53,888 nucleotides of DNA, from positions 1 through 53,888 of the forward strand of contig QIJL01000618.1 in NCBI GenBank assembly GCA_003232435.1, in the 5' to 3' direction. Numbering within the stretch: the stretch's first letter is position 1; each line of letters begins with the position of its first letter. The position numbers and the translations under genes were made by a program. This document shows, piece after piece, positions 18,085 through 27,891 of this stretch. The notes beneath the pieces were generated by a model, which saw nothing but the letters and a program-made list of their open reading frames with translations, was not told where the DNA came from and made no database searches. Origin of the DNA: Flavobacteriales bacterium (GTDB lineage Bacteria; Bacteroidota; Bacteroidia; Flavobacteriales; Flavobacteriaceae).

Positions 18085-21000
18085 ATGTACCTGATTTTTG
18101 ATACCGAGACCACGGGCCTGCCCAAACGCTGGAATGCCCCGATAACCGACACAGACAACTGGCCCCGCTGCATACAAATCGCCTGGCAATTGCACGATGC
18201 CATGGGTAATTTGGTGGATCGTCAAGATTATCTGGTACGGCCCGATGGTTTCAACATTCCCTATGATGCGGAGCAAATTCACGGAATTTCTACGGCCTTG
18301 GCCGAGCAAGATGGAATGCCCCTTTCCGAAGTCCTGGAGAAATTCAATGCCGCTATGGCCCGGACCAAATTTATCGTCGGGCAAAATGTGAGCTTCGATC
18401 TAAATATTATGGGGGCTGAATTCCATAGAATGGGTGTTGAGAATCCGTTGCAAGAATTGCCTGTTTTGGATACCTGTACCGAGTACACGGCACAATTGTG
18501 TCAAATTCCCGGGGGTCGAGGCGGAAAATTCAAGCTTCCTACCTTGACGGAACTTCACGAAAATCTTTTTGGGAAACCTTTTTCTGAAGCGCATAATGCT
18601 ACGGCAGATGTGGAGGCAACGACTCGTTGTTTTTTAGAACTCATCCGCAAAAAGCATTATACCAACGAGCAACTTGATGTACAGCCCGATTATTTCGAAA
18701 ATTTCTCTAAGGCCAATCCACAGGAAATCGAACTTGTCGGTCTCAAACATATCAATCTCAAAAAAGCATCTAAAAAAATCGCCGATGCCCTTTGGGAAAA
18801 AGATACAGGCGGAGTCTCTTCCGAAGAAATAGAGGAGAACATCCAAAATTTAGCAGATGCACCTTTTGCCCATCTACATAACCATTCACAATTTTCCGTT
18901 TTACAGAGTACCATTAACATAAAAAGTCTGGTAAAATCGACTGCGGAAAACGACATGCCGGCGGTGGCACTTACCGACCATGCCAATATGATGGGTGCGT
19001 TTCATTTTGTGAAGGAGATTAAGGCCCATAACGATTCCGTTCGGGAAAAAAATAAAATTGCCGAAGAGCATGGCGAGCCGGCAACGGCACAAATAATCAA
19101 ACCGATTATCGGTTGTGAATTTTTTGTCTGCGATGATCACACCAACAAGAATGTCAAGGACTACGGTTATCAAATCGTGCTGTTGGCCAAGAACAAAAAC
19201 GGCTATCAGAATCTTTGCAAGATGTCTTCCATCGCTTATACCGATGGCTTTTATTACGTGCCTCGTATCGACAGAAAGGTTATTCAGCAGTACAAGGAGG
19301 ACATTATTGTTCTGACGGGAAATCTATATGGCGAAGTACCCGGAAAGATTTTGAATGTTGGCGAAAACCAGGCAGAGGAGGCTTTGCTTTGGTGGAAGCA
19401 AGAGTTCGGCGATGATCTTTATGTGGAGTTGATGCGACATGGTCAGGAAGATGAAGATCGGGTAAACAAGGTTTTGGTCGATTTTGCCAAAAAGCATGAA
19501 GTAATAACAATACCTATTATTGTGCAAAGGAAGATGCGGAAGCCCACGACATTCTTCTTTGCGTAAAAGATGGCGAAAAGCAGGCAACTCCGATTGGTCG
19601 TGGCCGAGGGTATCGCTACGGATTGCCCAATCAGGAATATTATTTCAAGTCTTCGGATGAAATGAAGGAACTTTTTAAAGATCTTCCCGAAGCTATTTTG
19701 AACGTTCAAGAAGTAGTCGATAAAGTAGAGGCCTTTGATTTGGCACGCGATGTACTCTTGCCCAAATTCGATATCCCCGAAAAGTTTAAAGTCGAGGAAG
19801 ATATTGTCGATGGCGGAAAGCGCGGAGAGAATGCTTATTTGCGACATATCACATACGAAGGGGCGAAAAACCGCTACGAAGAAATTACGGCTGAAATCGA
19901 AGAGCGTATCGATTTTGAGCTGAAGACCATTGAGAATTCCGGATATCCTGGGTACTTTTTGATTGTTGAGGACTTTATTCGAGAAGCACGAAACATGGAT
20001 GTTTCCGTAGGGCCGGGAAGAGGTTCGGCGGCAGGATCGGTGGTGGCATACTGTTTGAAGATCACCAATATAGATCCGTTGAAATACGATTTGTTATTTG
20101 AGCGGTTTTTGAATCCGGATAGGGTGTCGATGCCTGATATCGATATCGATTTCGATGATGAGGGTAGAGGTCGGGTCATGGACTATGTCATCAACAAATA
20201 TGGATCTAACCAAGTGGCGCAGATTATCACTTATGGTACGATGGCCGCAAAATCTTCTATTCGTGACACGGCCAGGGTATTGGATTTACCCTTAGGGGAT
20301 GCCGACCGAATTGCGAAGTTGATACCGACCATGTCGAAGTTGGGCAAAATATTTGGCGTTCCCGAAGCGGAATTAAAAAAGAGATTCCGGCCCGATGATC
20401 TAGAGAAAGTCAATGAACTTTTGAATATTTCGGAAGGAAGCGATCTCGAGGCGCAGACCGTAAATATGGCGCGCACCTTAGAGGGTTCGTTGCGAAATAC
20501 AGGCATTCATGCCTGTGGGGTCATTATCACGCCCGATGATATTACGAATTTCGTTCCGGTGGCGACCGCGAAAGATTCCGATCTGTACGTTACCCAATTC
20601 GACAACTCCGTCGTTGAAAGTGCAGGTTTGTTGAAGATGGATTTCCTCGGACTGAAAACCTTGACCCTGATAAAAGACACCGTCAAAATCGTAAAAGCCA
20701 AACACGGTATCGAATTGGTTCCCGATGATTTTCCCTTGGATGATGAAAAAACGTATGAACTCTTCCAAAGGGGGGATACGGTTGGGATATTTCAATATGA
20801 ATCTCCCGGGATGCAAAAACACTTGAAGGATTTAAAGCCTTCTGTTTTTGATGATTTGATCGCCATGAATGCCTTGTACCGTCCCGGACCGATGGAGTAT
20901 ATTCCCGATTTTATCCAACGTAAAAACGGAATCGCGGAAATCAAGTATGACCTTCCGGCCATGGAAGAATACCTGAAAGAAACATATGGGATTACGGTCT

Positions 21001-22457
21001 ATCAAGAGCAGGTAATGTTGCTTTCACAAAAGCTGGCAGGCTTCTCCAAAGGTGATGCCGATGTTTTGCGCAAGGCCATGGGAAAAAAGATTTTTGCTCT
21101 ACTTCAAAAATTGAGACCACAGTTCTTGGATGGTGGTGAGAAGAATGGGCATCCGAGGGAAATACTTGAAAAAATATGGAAAGACTGGGAAGCTTTTGCT
21201 GCCTATGCCTTTAACAAAAGCCACTCCACTTGCTATGCGTACATTGCCTATCAGACTGCTTATTTGAAAGCGCATTACCCCGCGGAATATATGGCCGCCG
21301 TGCTTTCGAACAATATGAACGACATCAAGCAGGTAACTTTCTTTATGGAGGAATGTAAGCGAATGGGACTTGAAGTTCTTGGCCCTGATGTCAACGAATC
21401 ATATTACAAATTCGCGGTGAACAAAGATGGCGCTGTTCGCTTCGGAATGGGAGCGATCAAAGGTGTGGGTCGCTCAGCTGTAGAGACAATAGTAGAGCAT
21501 CGTAAAAAAGACGGGCCGTTCAAGTCGGTGTTCGATTTGGCAAAACGTATCGATTTGCGGGCCGCGAATAAAAAAGCATTTGAGAACCTTGCCGTTGCCG
21601 GCGGTTTTGATTCTTTTGGAACAACGCATCGAGCGCAATATTTCCTTACCGATGGAGATAGCATCACTTTTCTTGAAAAGGTCATCAAATCGGCCTCAAA
21701 ATATCAAGAGAATAAAAACTCTTCCCAGATGGATATGTTCGGGGGTATGAGCGAAGCCCAGATCCCCGAGCCTGAAGTTCCTCCTTGCGAAGAATGGGGC
21801 ACCATGGAAAAACTCCGTAGGGAGAAAGAAGTTGTAGGCATCTATATTTCAGGGCATCCTTTGGACGATTTTAAAAAGGAAATCGATGCATTCTGCAATG
21901 CCAGCGTTTCCAACGTTATCAATTTAGAGCAATTTGTGAACCGCGAACTTTCCTTTGCGGGAGTGATATCAGATGTACAACACCGTACTTCAAAAAACGG
22001 AAAGGGTTGGGCGATCTTCGCTATGGAAGATTATACCGACACTCACGAGTTTAGAATATTCGGAGAGGAATATCTGAAATTTCGCCATTTTCTGATGATC
22101 AATTCCTTTGTACACATCAAAGTCTATGTACGCGACGGGTGGGTCAATCGCGATACCGGCAAAAAGGGCGATCCACGAATGCAATATAATAGCTTTATGC
22201 TATTGCAAGATGTAATGGACACCTACGCCAAAAAGTTGACCATCAAACTTGACATCGACAATTTGCAGGAAGAACGCATTCGAATACTTAAAGATACAAT
22301 AAGGTCACATAAAGGCAATCATATATTGAATTTTGTGGTCTACGAAATGGAAGAGGAAATAAAGGTCAATATGATCAGTCGAAAACAAAAAGTGCAGATC
22401 AGTAACGAACTGCTGTCAACTTTAGAGGAAGCCGATGTGCATTACAAGTTGAACTAA
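18085..22457 (+). CDS. dnaE: DNA polymerase III alpha subunit with N-terminal DEDDh exonuclease; frameshift at ~19504
   Basis: FDTETTG and HNATAD exonuclease; PHP HLHNHS and ALTDH; GPGRGSAAGS, PDIDIDF, YAFNKSH. The frames join as KHEV / NNTYYCAKEDAEAHDILLC. Confidence 0.95.
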
Positions 22458-22490
22458 ATGATTTAAGAACCAACCTGAACTAAACAAACT

Positions 22491-24416
22491 ATGATTCCAT
22501 TTAAGATGGAGATTTTCGGCTTTAAAAGATTTGAAGAAGCAAGTGTCTTATTGGACAAGAAGTTAATTGCTTTTGTCGGGCCTAATGAAGCTGGAAAAAG
22601 TTCTTTTTTTAATGCTTTACTGTCAATTGAAGACGGTAAGGCCTATGAAGAAAGAGAATTGACAAAGGATTTGGAACGAGAATCTGACCTAGTCATTCGT
22701 TTGGACTACTTGCTAAATAGTACTGAAAGAAGTAAAATTAAAGAATTTAGTGGAGTAGGAATCCCGAGATTTTATCGTCTTGAAAAGTTTATTGATGGCT
22801 CTAAGGATTATGAGATTGTTGGAGAGATAAAAAGAAGTAAAAAGCGCAGAGTTGGTTTCAAAAAGTTGATTCGACAAATTTTAGAAAGGAAGCGTTTGGG
22901 TGCTTACTTAAAGAAAAAAAAATATCAGAGTGAGGAATATGGAGAAATTAGTGTTTTTGAATCTTTTTCTAATTTATTGAAGAAAGATTGGGGAGCTGAA
23001 ACTATGGCTGAAGATATTTTCACTCTTCTATCAGAATTAGAAGAAGAATCGAATAGCGTAAAAGAAGAAATTTCAAAGACAGATGGAGATGCTCTAGAAA
23101 CTATTCTTGAAGAGTTGAGTTTTTTTGAGGAAAATGAAAGGTCAGAACATCCAAAAGAACTGTTTCTTGAATATTTGGAGCAGTTACGGCCTGAATTTGT
23201 TGAATTTACTGATGCAGAGCGGCAATTAAAAGGTTTTTATCCAATAGCCGAAATAAAGCAAAACCCTATATCTCTAATAAATCTTTTAAAAATTGCTGAT
23301 ATTAATTCTGAGGATATTGTTGATTCTATTGAGAAAAGGAAAACCGTAAAGAGGTATGAGCTCCAAAAAAAAGGTAACGAGAACTTAAAGAATAGATTTA
23401 ATTCATGGAGTCAATCGGAGGTTTACCCTTCGCTTTTTATAGAAAATAACTCTTTGAGCATAATTGTAGAGGCTTCAACTGGATTGAACGAACTTCGGGA
23501 TCGAAGTGATGGTTTAAGACAATATATTTCTATGAAAGCATTTCTCAAGAAACGAGAGGATATTGTCCCCCCAATTTTACTAATTGATGAGGCGGAAATC
23601 CATTTACATTACAGTGCCCAAGCCAATTTAGTTTCTGATTTTGAAAAGCAAACAATAGCCAACTCCATATATTATACCACGCATTCTGCAGGTTGTTTGC
23701 CAAGTGATTTAGGGACTGGTATTCGAGTGGTCGAACCAATTTATAAAGACGGAAAAGATACAAGTAGAAGCATAATTAGAAATTCGATATGGCAGAATAA
23801 CGGTGGTTTCTCACCTCTTTTACTTGCAATGGGCGCGAATGTTATTGCTTTCACTCCTGCGAGAAAAGCTGTAATTGCTGAAGGTCCATCAGATACTATT
23901 CTATTACCTAGAATCTTACGAGAGGCCTCTAAGAAAGAATATTTGGATTTTCAGGTGGCTCCTGGAATTGCAACAATTTCAATTGAAGATGTAAAAAGCT
24001 TCGAATTGGAAGCGGCAAAGGAAGTTTATTTAGTTGATGGCGATGAGGGCGGCGACAAGAATAAAATCAAGCTTTTGAAAGGAGGCGTCTCAGAAAAAAA
24101 GATAATGCAGTTGTCAAAGAGAACCACCATTGAAGATTTTATAAAATCGGATTTACTTGCAACGGCAATCATTCAGGAATTTGTTAACATGGGCTACGAA
24201 ACTCCTAATTTCAATTTAATAAAACTACCGAAAAAAGGTAGAATTAAATGGTTCGAGAAAAATTGTGAATCATTGGGACTTGGTTTTCCCGAAAAAGGGA
24301 GGATAGCAGATTCCTTGATATCGAATACCCCTAGTTACGAAACTATAATTGAACAAGATAAAGTCTCTGAACTAAAGGCCTTATATTCCTCTATTATTCA
24401 AAAGCTTAGCGCATAA
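22491..24416 (+). CDS. OLD-family ATP-dependent nuclease (ABC ATPase + TOPRIM)
   Basis: Walker A GPNEAGKS, signature SDG, Walker B LLIDEAE, YTTHS, TOPRIM AEGPSD and DGD. AT-rich. Confidence 0.85.
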   Translation: MIPFKMEIFGFKRFEEASVLLDKKLIAFVGPNEAGKSSFFNALLSIEDGKAYEERELTKDLERESDLVIRLDYLLNSTERSKIKEFSGVGIPRFYRLEKFIDGSKDYEIVGEIKRSKKRRVGFKKLIRQILERKRLGAYLKKKKYQSEEYGEISVFESFSNLLKKDWGAETMAEDIFTLLSELEEESNSVKEEISKTDGDALETILEELSFFEENERSEHPKELFLEYLEQLRPEFVEFTDAERQLKGFYPIAEIKQNPISLINLLKIADINSEDIVDSIEKRKTVKRYELQKKGNENLKNRFNSWSQSEVYPSLFIENNSLSIIVEASTGLNELRDRSDGLRQYISMKAFLKKREDIVPPILLIDEAEIHLHYSAQANLVSDFEKQTIANSIYYTTHSAGCLPSDLGTGIRVVEPIYKDGKDTSRSIIRNSIWQNNGGFSPLLLAMGANVIAFTPARKAVIAEGPSDTILLPRILREASKKEYLDFQVAPGIATISIEDVKSFELEAAKEVYLVDGDEGGDKNKIKLLKGGVSEKKIMQLSKRTTIEDFIKSDLLATAIIQEFVNMGYETPNFNLIKLPKKGRIKWFEKNCESLGLGFPEKGRIADSLISNTPSYETIIEQDKVSELKALYSSIIQKLSA

Positions 24417-24547
24417 TTGAAGAACTTACTTGTAATTCTTAACAACCATAAACTTTCCCAATATAGCAATAGATATAAGGTATACTGCGTTGGTAAGTAT
24501 CAAGCAGAATATTTGACTAACTTTGTGTAATTATAAATTCAAATCAA

Positions 24548-24865
24548 ATGGCATTAGAAATAACAGATGCTACTTTTGAAGAAGTAGTATTAAAAAGTGA
24601 TAAACCGGTAGTAGTGGATTTTTGGGCAGCTTGGTGCGGACCTTGTAGAATGGTCGGCCCGGTAATCGATGAACTAAGCACTGAATACGAAGGCAAGGCC
24701 GTTGTTGGTAAGGTCGATGTAGACGCGAATCAAGAATTTGCCGGTAAATACGGTGTTCGTAACATTCCTACTGTATTGGTTTTCAAAGACGGTGAAATCG
24801 TGACCAGACAGGTTGGTGTTTCTCCCAAACAAGTTTATGCAGACGCCATAGAGGCGGCATTATAA
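24548..24865 (+). CDS. trxA: Thioredoxin
   Basis: WCGPC motif; TAACTTTG promoter at 24518-24525. Confidence 0.98.
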   Translation: MALEITDATFEEVVLKSDKPVVVDFWAAWCGPCRMVGPVIDELSTEYEGKAVVGKVDVDANQEFAGKYGVRNIPTVLVFKDGEIVTRQVGVSPKQVYADAIEAAL

Positions 24866-24888
24866 GAGTTAAGTTTAAGTTTGTTTAG

Positions 24889-24927
24889 AAAAGGTTCGGT
24901 CGTGAATATTCGCGATCGAACCTTTTT
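24889..24927 (+). terminator. Hairpin terminator after trxA
   Basis: AAAAGGTTCG...CGAACCTTTTT. Confidence 0.7.
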
Positions 24928-24943
24928 GTTTTATCTTAGTTGA

Positions 24944-25873
24944 GTGAACTTACAATCTGAATTAAATAAAGCTTCATTATTCCAAAATTTGGAACTTCTG
25001 GCAAATCAGGTGGTCGAAGGTTTTATCAGTGGAATTCATAAAAGTCCGTTTCATGGGTTCTCAGCGGAATTTGCAGAGCATAAGATTTACAATACCGGCG
25101 AAAGTACAAAGCATATCGACTGGAAGCTTTTTGCCAAGACCGACAAGCTCTATACGAAAAGGTATGAAGAAGAGACCAATCTTCGGTGTCATATGATATT
25201 GGACAATTCGGCGTCTATGTATTATCCTGAAATTTCAAATTCGGGCATAGGCAATCTAAATAAAATAGGATTCGGAGTACTCGCCATCGCTGCTTTGATG
25301 AACGTACTTAAGAGACAACGTGATGCTGTTGGCCTGAGTGTCTATTCCGATAGTTATAATTATTACGCCCCTGAAAAAGGCAGTGAACGTCATCATCAAA
25401 TGTTATTGGCCAAACTTAGTGAGGTCAGTCAGGATTCAAAACCTGCTCAACGAACAGAAACGTATGAATATTTGCATCTAATCGCTGAAAAGATAAAGCG
25501 CCGGAGCTTAATATTTTTATTTACGGATATGTTTCAAACAACAGTCGATAAGGAAAAAATGTTCGACGCGCTACGTCATTTAAAATACAACAAGCACGAG
25601 GTCGTTCTTTTTCATTTACTGGATAAGGAAACAGAATTTCATTTTAATTTTGAGAATACGCCAAAAAGGTTTCTAGACGTTGAGACCGGCGAGCATATCG
25701 ACTTATATTCCGATACTGTAAAAGAGGGTTACAAAGAAGCGGCTAAAAGCTACTTTGATGATTTGAAGTTAAAGTGTGCGCAGTATCGCATAAAATATGT
25801 CGGTGTAGATGTACGATCTGACTTTTCAAGAGTGCTGAATACCTTTATGGTCGAGCGGCAGAAATTTGGATGA
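24944..25873 (+). CDS. DUF58 (vWA-associated) protein
   Basis: GIHKSPFHGFSAEFAEHKIY, IDWK, KRYEEETN, DNSASM. Confidence 0.92.
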   Translation: MNLQSELNKASLFQNLELLANQVVEGFISGIHKSPFHGFSAEFAEHKIYNTGESTKHIDWKLFAKTDKLYTKRYEEETNLRCHMILDNSASMYYPEISNSGIGNLNKIGFGVLAIAALMNVLKRQRDAVGLSVYSDSYNYYAPEKGSERHHQMLLAKLSEVSQDSKPAQRTETYEYLHLIAEKIKRRSLIFLFTDMFQTTVDKEKMFDALRHLKYNKHEVVLFHLLDKETEFHFNFENTPKRFLDVETGEHIDLYSDTVKEGYKEAAKSYFDDLKLKCAQYRIKYVGVDVRSDFSRVLNTFMVERQKFG

Positions 25874-25981
25874 TAAAAAGAGAAAAACCTCAATTTTCGT
25901 TGAAGGCTTTTGCAGTCTGGTTAAGTCGTCGTTTGCATTTTTCTGAAATAATCATCTTGTAATCGAGTACCCACATAAATT

Positions 25982-26056
25982 ATGAGCCAAATAATTCTTT
26001 TATTCAGCTCGTTTTTTTACTATTTTTGAGCCGAATAAAATTGATAATCGGCTCAT
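25982..26056 (+). promoter_or_regulatory. Repeated GAGCC(A/G)AAT motifs around the fic promoter; possible autoregulatory operator
   Basis: atgagccaaataa, ttgagccgaataa and inverted aatcggctcat overlapping the ATG; TATTTTTG promoter near 26021. Confidence 0.5.
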
Positions 26057-27146
26057 GCGATACAACTGGCAACAAAAAGACTGGCCTAATTTTCAATACA
26101 AAACCGATACTATCGAAGATTTACTCTTTGATTTTGCAAAGCGCACGGGGCGTATTAGTGGGGTTTTGGATGGTTTTTCAGAATCGGAGCAAGCAGAGGC
26201 TATGATAAACCTAATGGTCTCTGAAGCTATTAAGACCTCGGAGATTGAAGGAGAGTACCTGAGCCGAAAAGATGTTATGTCCTCCATCAGAAGAAATTTG
26301 GGATTAAACCCTGAACTTCCCGTATCCAAGGATAAAAGAGTGGAAGGAGTAACGGAGTTAATGTTGACCATCCGTGAACAATTTATAGCCCCTCTTACCG
26401 AAACGGTCCTATCTAATTGGCATACCATGCTCATGAAAGGTAGTGAAGGAATCCAAATAGGTCGATGGCGCACCCATAAAGAACCTATGCGGATAGTTTC
26501 TGGTGCTATGGGCAGAGAGGTAGTTCATTTCGAAGCCCCACCATCAAATATCATTGCTACTGAAATGACTCAATTTATTGAATGGTTCAACAAATCACAG
26601 AATACCCTAAAAAAACCAATTCTTCGTGCTGCAATTGCACATCTTTATTTTGAGTCGATACATCCATTTGAAGATGGAAACGGTAGAATAGGTAGGGCTG
26701 TGGCAGAAAAGGCACTTTCACAAAACATCGGTCGTCCTGTTTTGTTCAGTCTATCGAAATCTATTGAAGAAAATAAAAAGACCTATTACGATGAACTGAA
26801 AAAGGCTCAGCGTTCCAATGAAATTACAGATTGGATAAACTACTTTGTCAAAACGGTTTTGGATGCTCAAATCGATGCCGAGCAAGAAATTGAATTTACC
26901 TTACAGAAAACAAAGTTTTTCGATAACCATAAACATGCGCTCAATGAAAGACAACAAAAAGTAGTCCACAGAATGTTGGAAGAAGGCCATCATGGTTTTG
27001 AAGGGGGAATGAACGCTCGAAAATATGTTTCACTAACTAGTGCGTCAAAAGCAACCGCCACAAGAGACTTGCAAGACTTGGTTGAAAAAGGCATTTTCAA
27101 ACCTGTAGGGGGAGGTCGGAGTACGAGATACGAAATCAATATTTGA
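26055..27146 (+). CDS. Fic/DOC family protein (DUF4172-type N-terminus, C-terminal HTH)
   Basis: HPFEDGNGRIGR, TSEIEG, SKATATRDL. Confidence 0.93.
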   Translation: MRYNWQQKDWPNFQYKTDTIEDLLFDFAKRTGRISGVLDGFSESEQAEAMINLMVSEAIKTSEIEGEYLSRKDVMSSIRRNLGLNPELPVSKDKRVEGVTELMLTIREQFIAPLTETVLSNWHTMLMKGSEGIQIGRWRTHKEPMRIVSGAMGREVVHFEAPPSNIIATEMTQFIEWFNKSQNTLKKPILRAAIAHLYFESIHPFEDGNGRIGRAVAEKALSQNIGRPVLFSLSKSIEENKKTYYDELKKAQRSNEITDWINYFVKTVLDAQIDAEQEIEFTLQKTKFFDNHKHALNERQQKVVHRMLEEGHHGFEGGMNARKYVSLTSASKATATRDLQDLVEKGIFKPVGGGRSTRYEINI

Positions 27147-27229
27147 TTTGCGTCTTTGACGAGCGAAACGAAGTTTCGTGCTGCAAGTCACAACCCCGAT
27201 AGCTATCGGGAACCCCATATATATTACTG

Positions 27230-27862
27230 AAAGAGGTAAATCAGCTAGTTATATAGGTGTTCGTTATGGAGTAACGGAAAAGACAGCCCGTTTATGGATA
27301 CACAAAGTAAGAGAGGCAATGGAATCTAGTGGTGACCACCCTATGGGCGGTAATGTACATGTAGATGAATTTGTTCTTGGCGGACGTGAGAAAGAACAGA
27401 TCGGCAGAAGCTATAATGCTAAGGGAAAGAAAGCGATAACAGCCGTTGAGTTAACTGATGATGGCAAAGTAAAAAGGATGTATGCAATGCGTATCGATGA
27501 CTTTTCCGCTAGATCATCACAGTATATTTTCATCAACAATATTAGTCGTGACGCGAAGATTACAACAGATAAACGGAGAGGATATTGACCAATTGCAAGA
27601 GCATGTAACATCACACAAATAGAGAGTAACGGCGGACTGAATTTCAAAACGTTGCACACAATGATCCATCAAATAAAACCTTGGATAAGAACAACCCATT
27701 CTTGGGTAAGTGATTTCAACATCAATAGATATTTCAATGAGTTTTGTTTTAAGGTTAATCGCTCACAAAGCAAAGCGGCAATATTCAATAACCTAATAAC
27801 CAGAATGGTCGATGCCGAGAAAGTTTATCGAACAGAATTAATCAGTAACTAGCTACTGACCT
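27230..27862 (+). mobile_element. IS1595-family (ISXO2-like) transposase remnant, 5'-truncated, internal stop at 27586-27588
   Basis: TARLWIHKVREAM, VHVDE, ITTDKRRGY*, YFNEFCFKVNR. Confidence 0.85.
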
Positions 27863-27891
27863 CTATTCTTTTTTAACTTCATTGTATTTTC

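Noticed and set aside
18085-18650. Exonuclease fused to DnaE as a novelty
   Set aside because: A common architecture in Bacteroidota.
18085-22457. Split-intein or programmed-frameshift DnaE
   Set aside because: No intein motifs or slippery sequence at the junction; conserved residues are simply missing.
22491-27146. Gabija, retron, or an OLD+Fic multi-gene defence operon
   Set aside because: No helicase or reverse transcriptase is present, and the two genes are separated by core trxA and DUF58.
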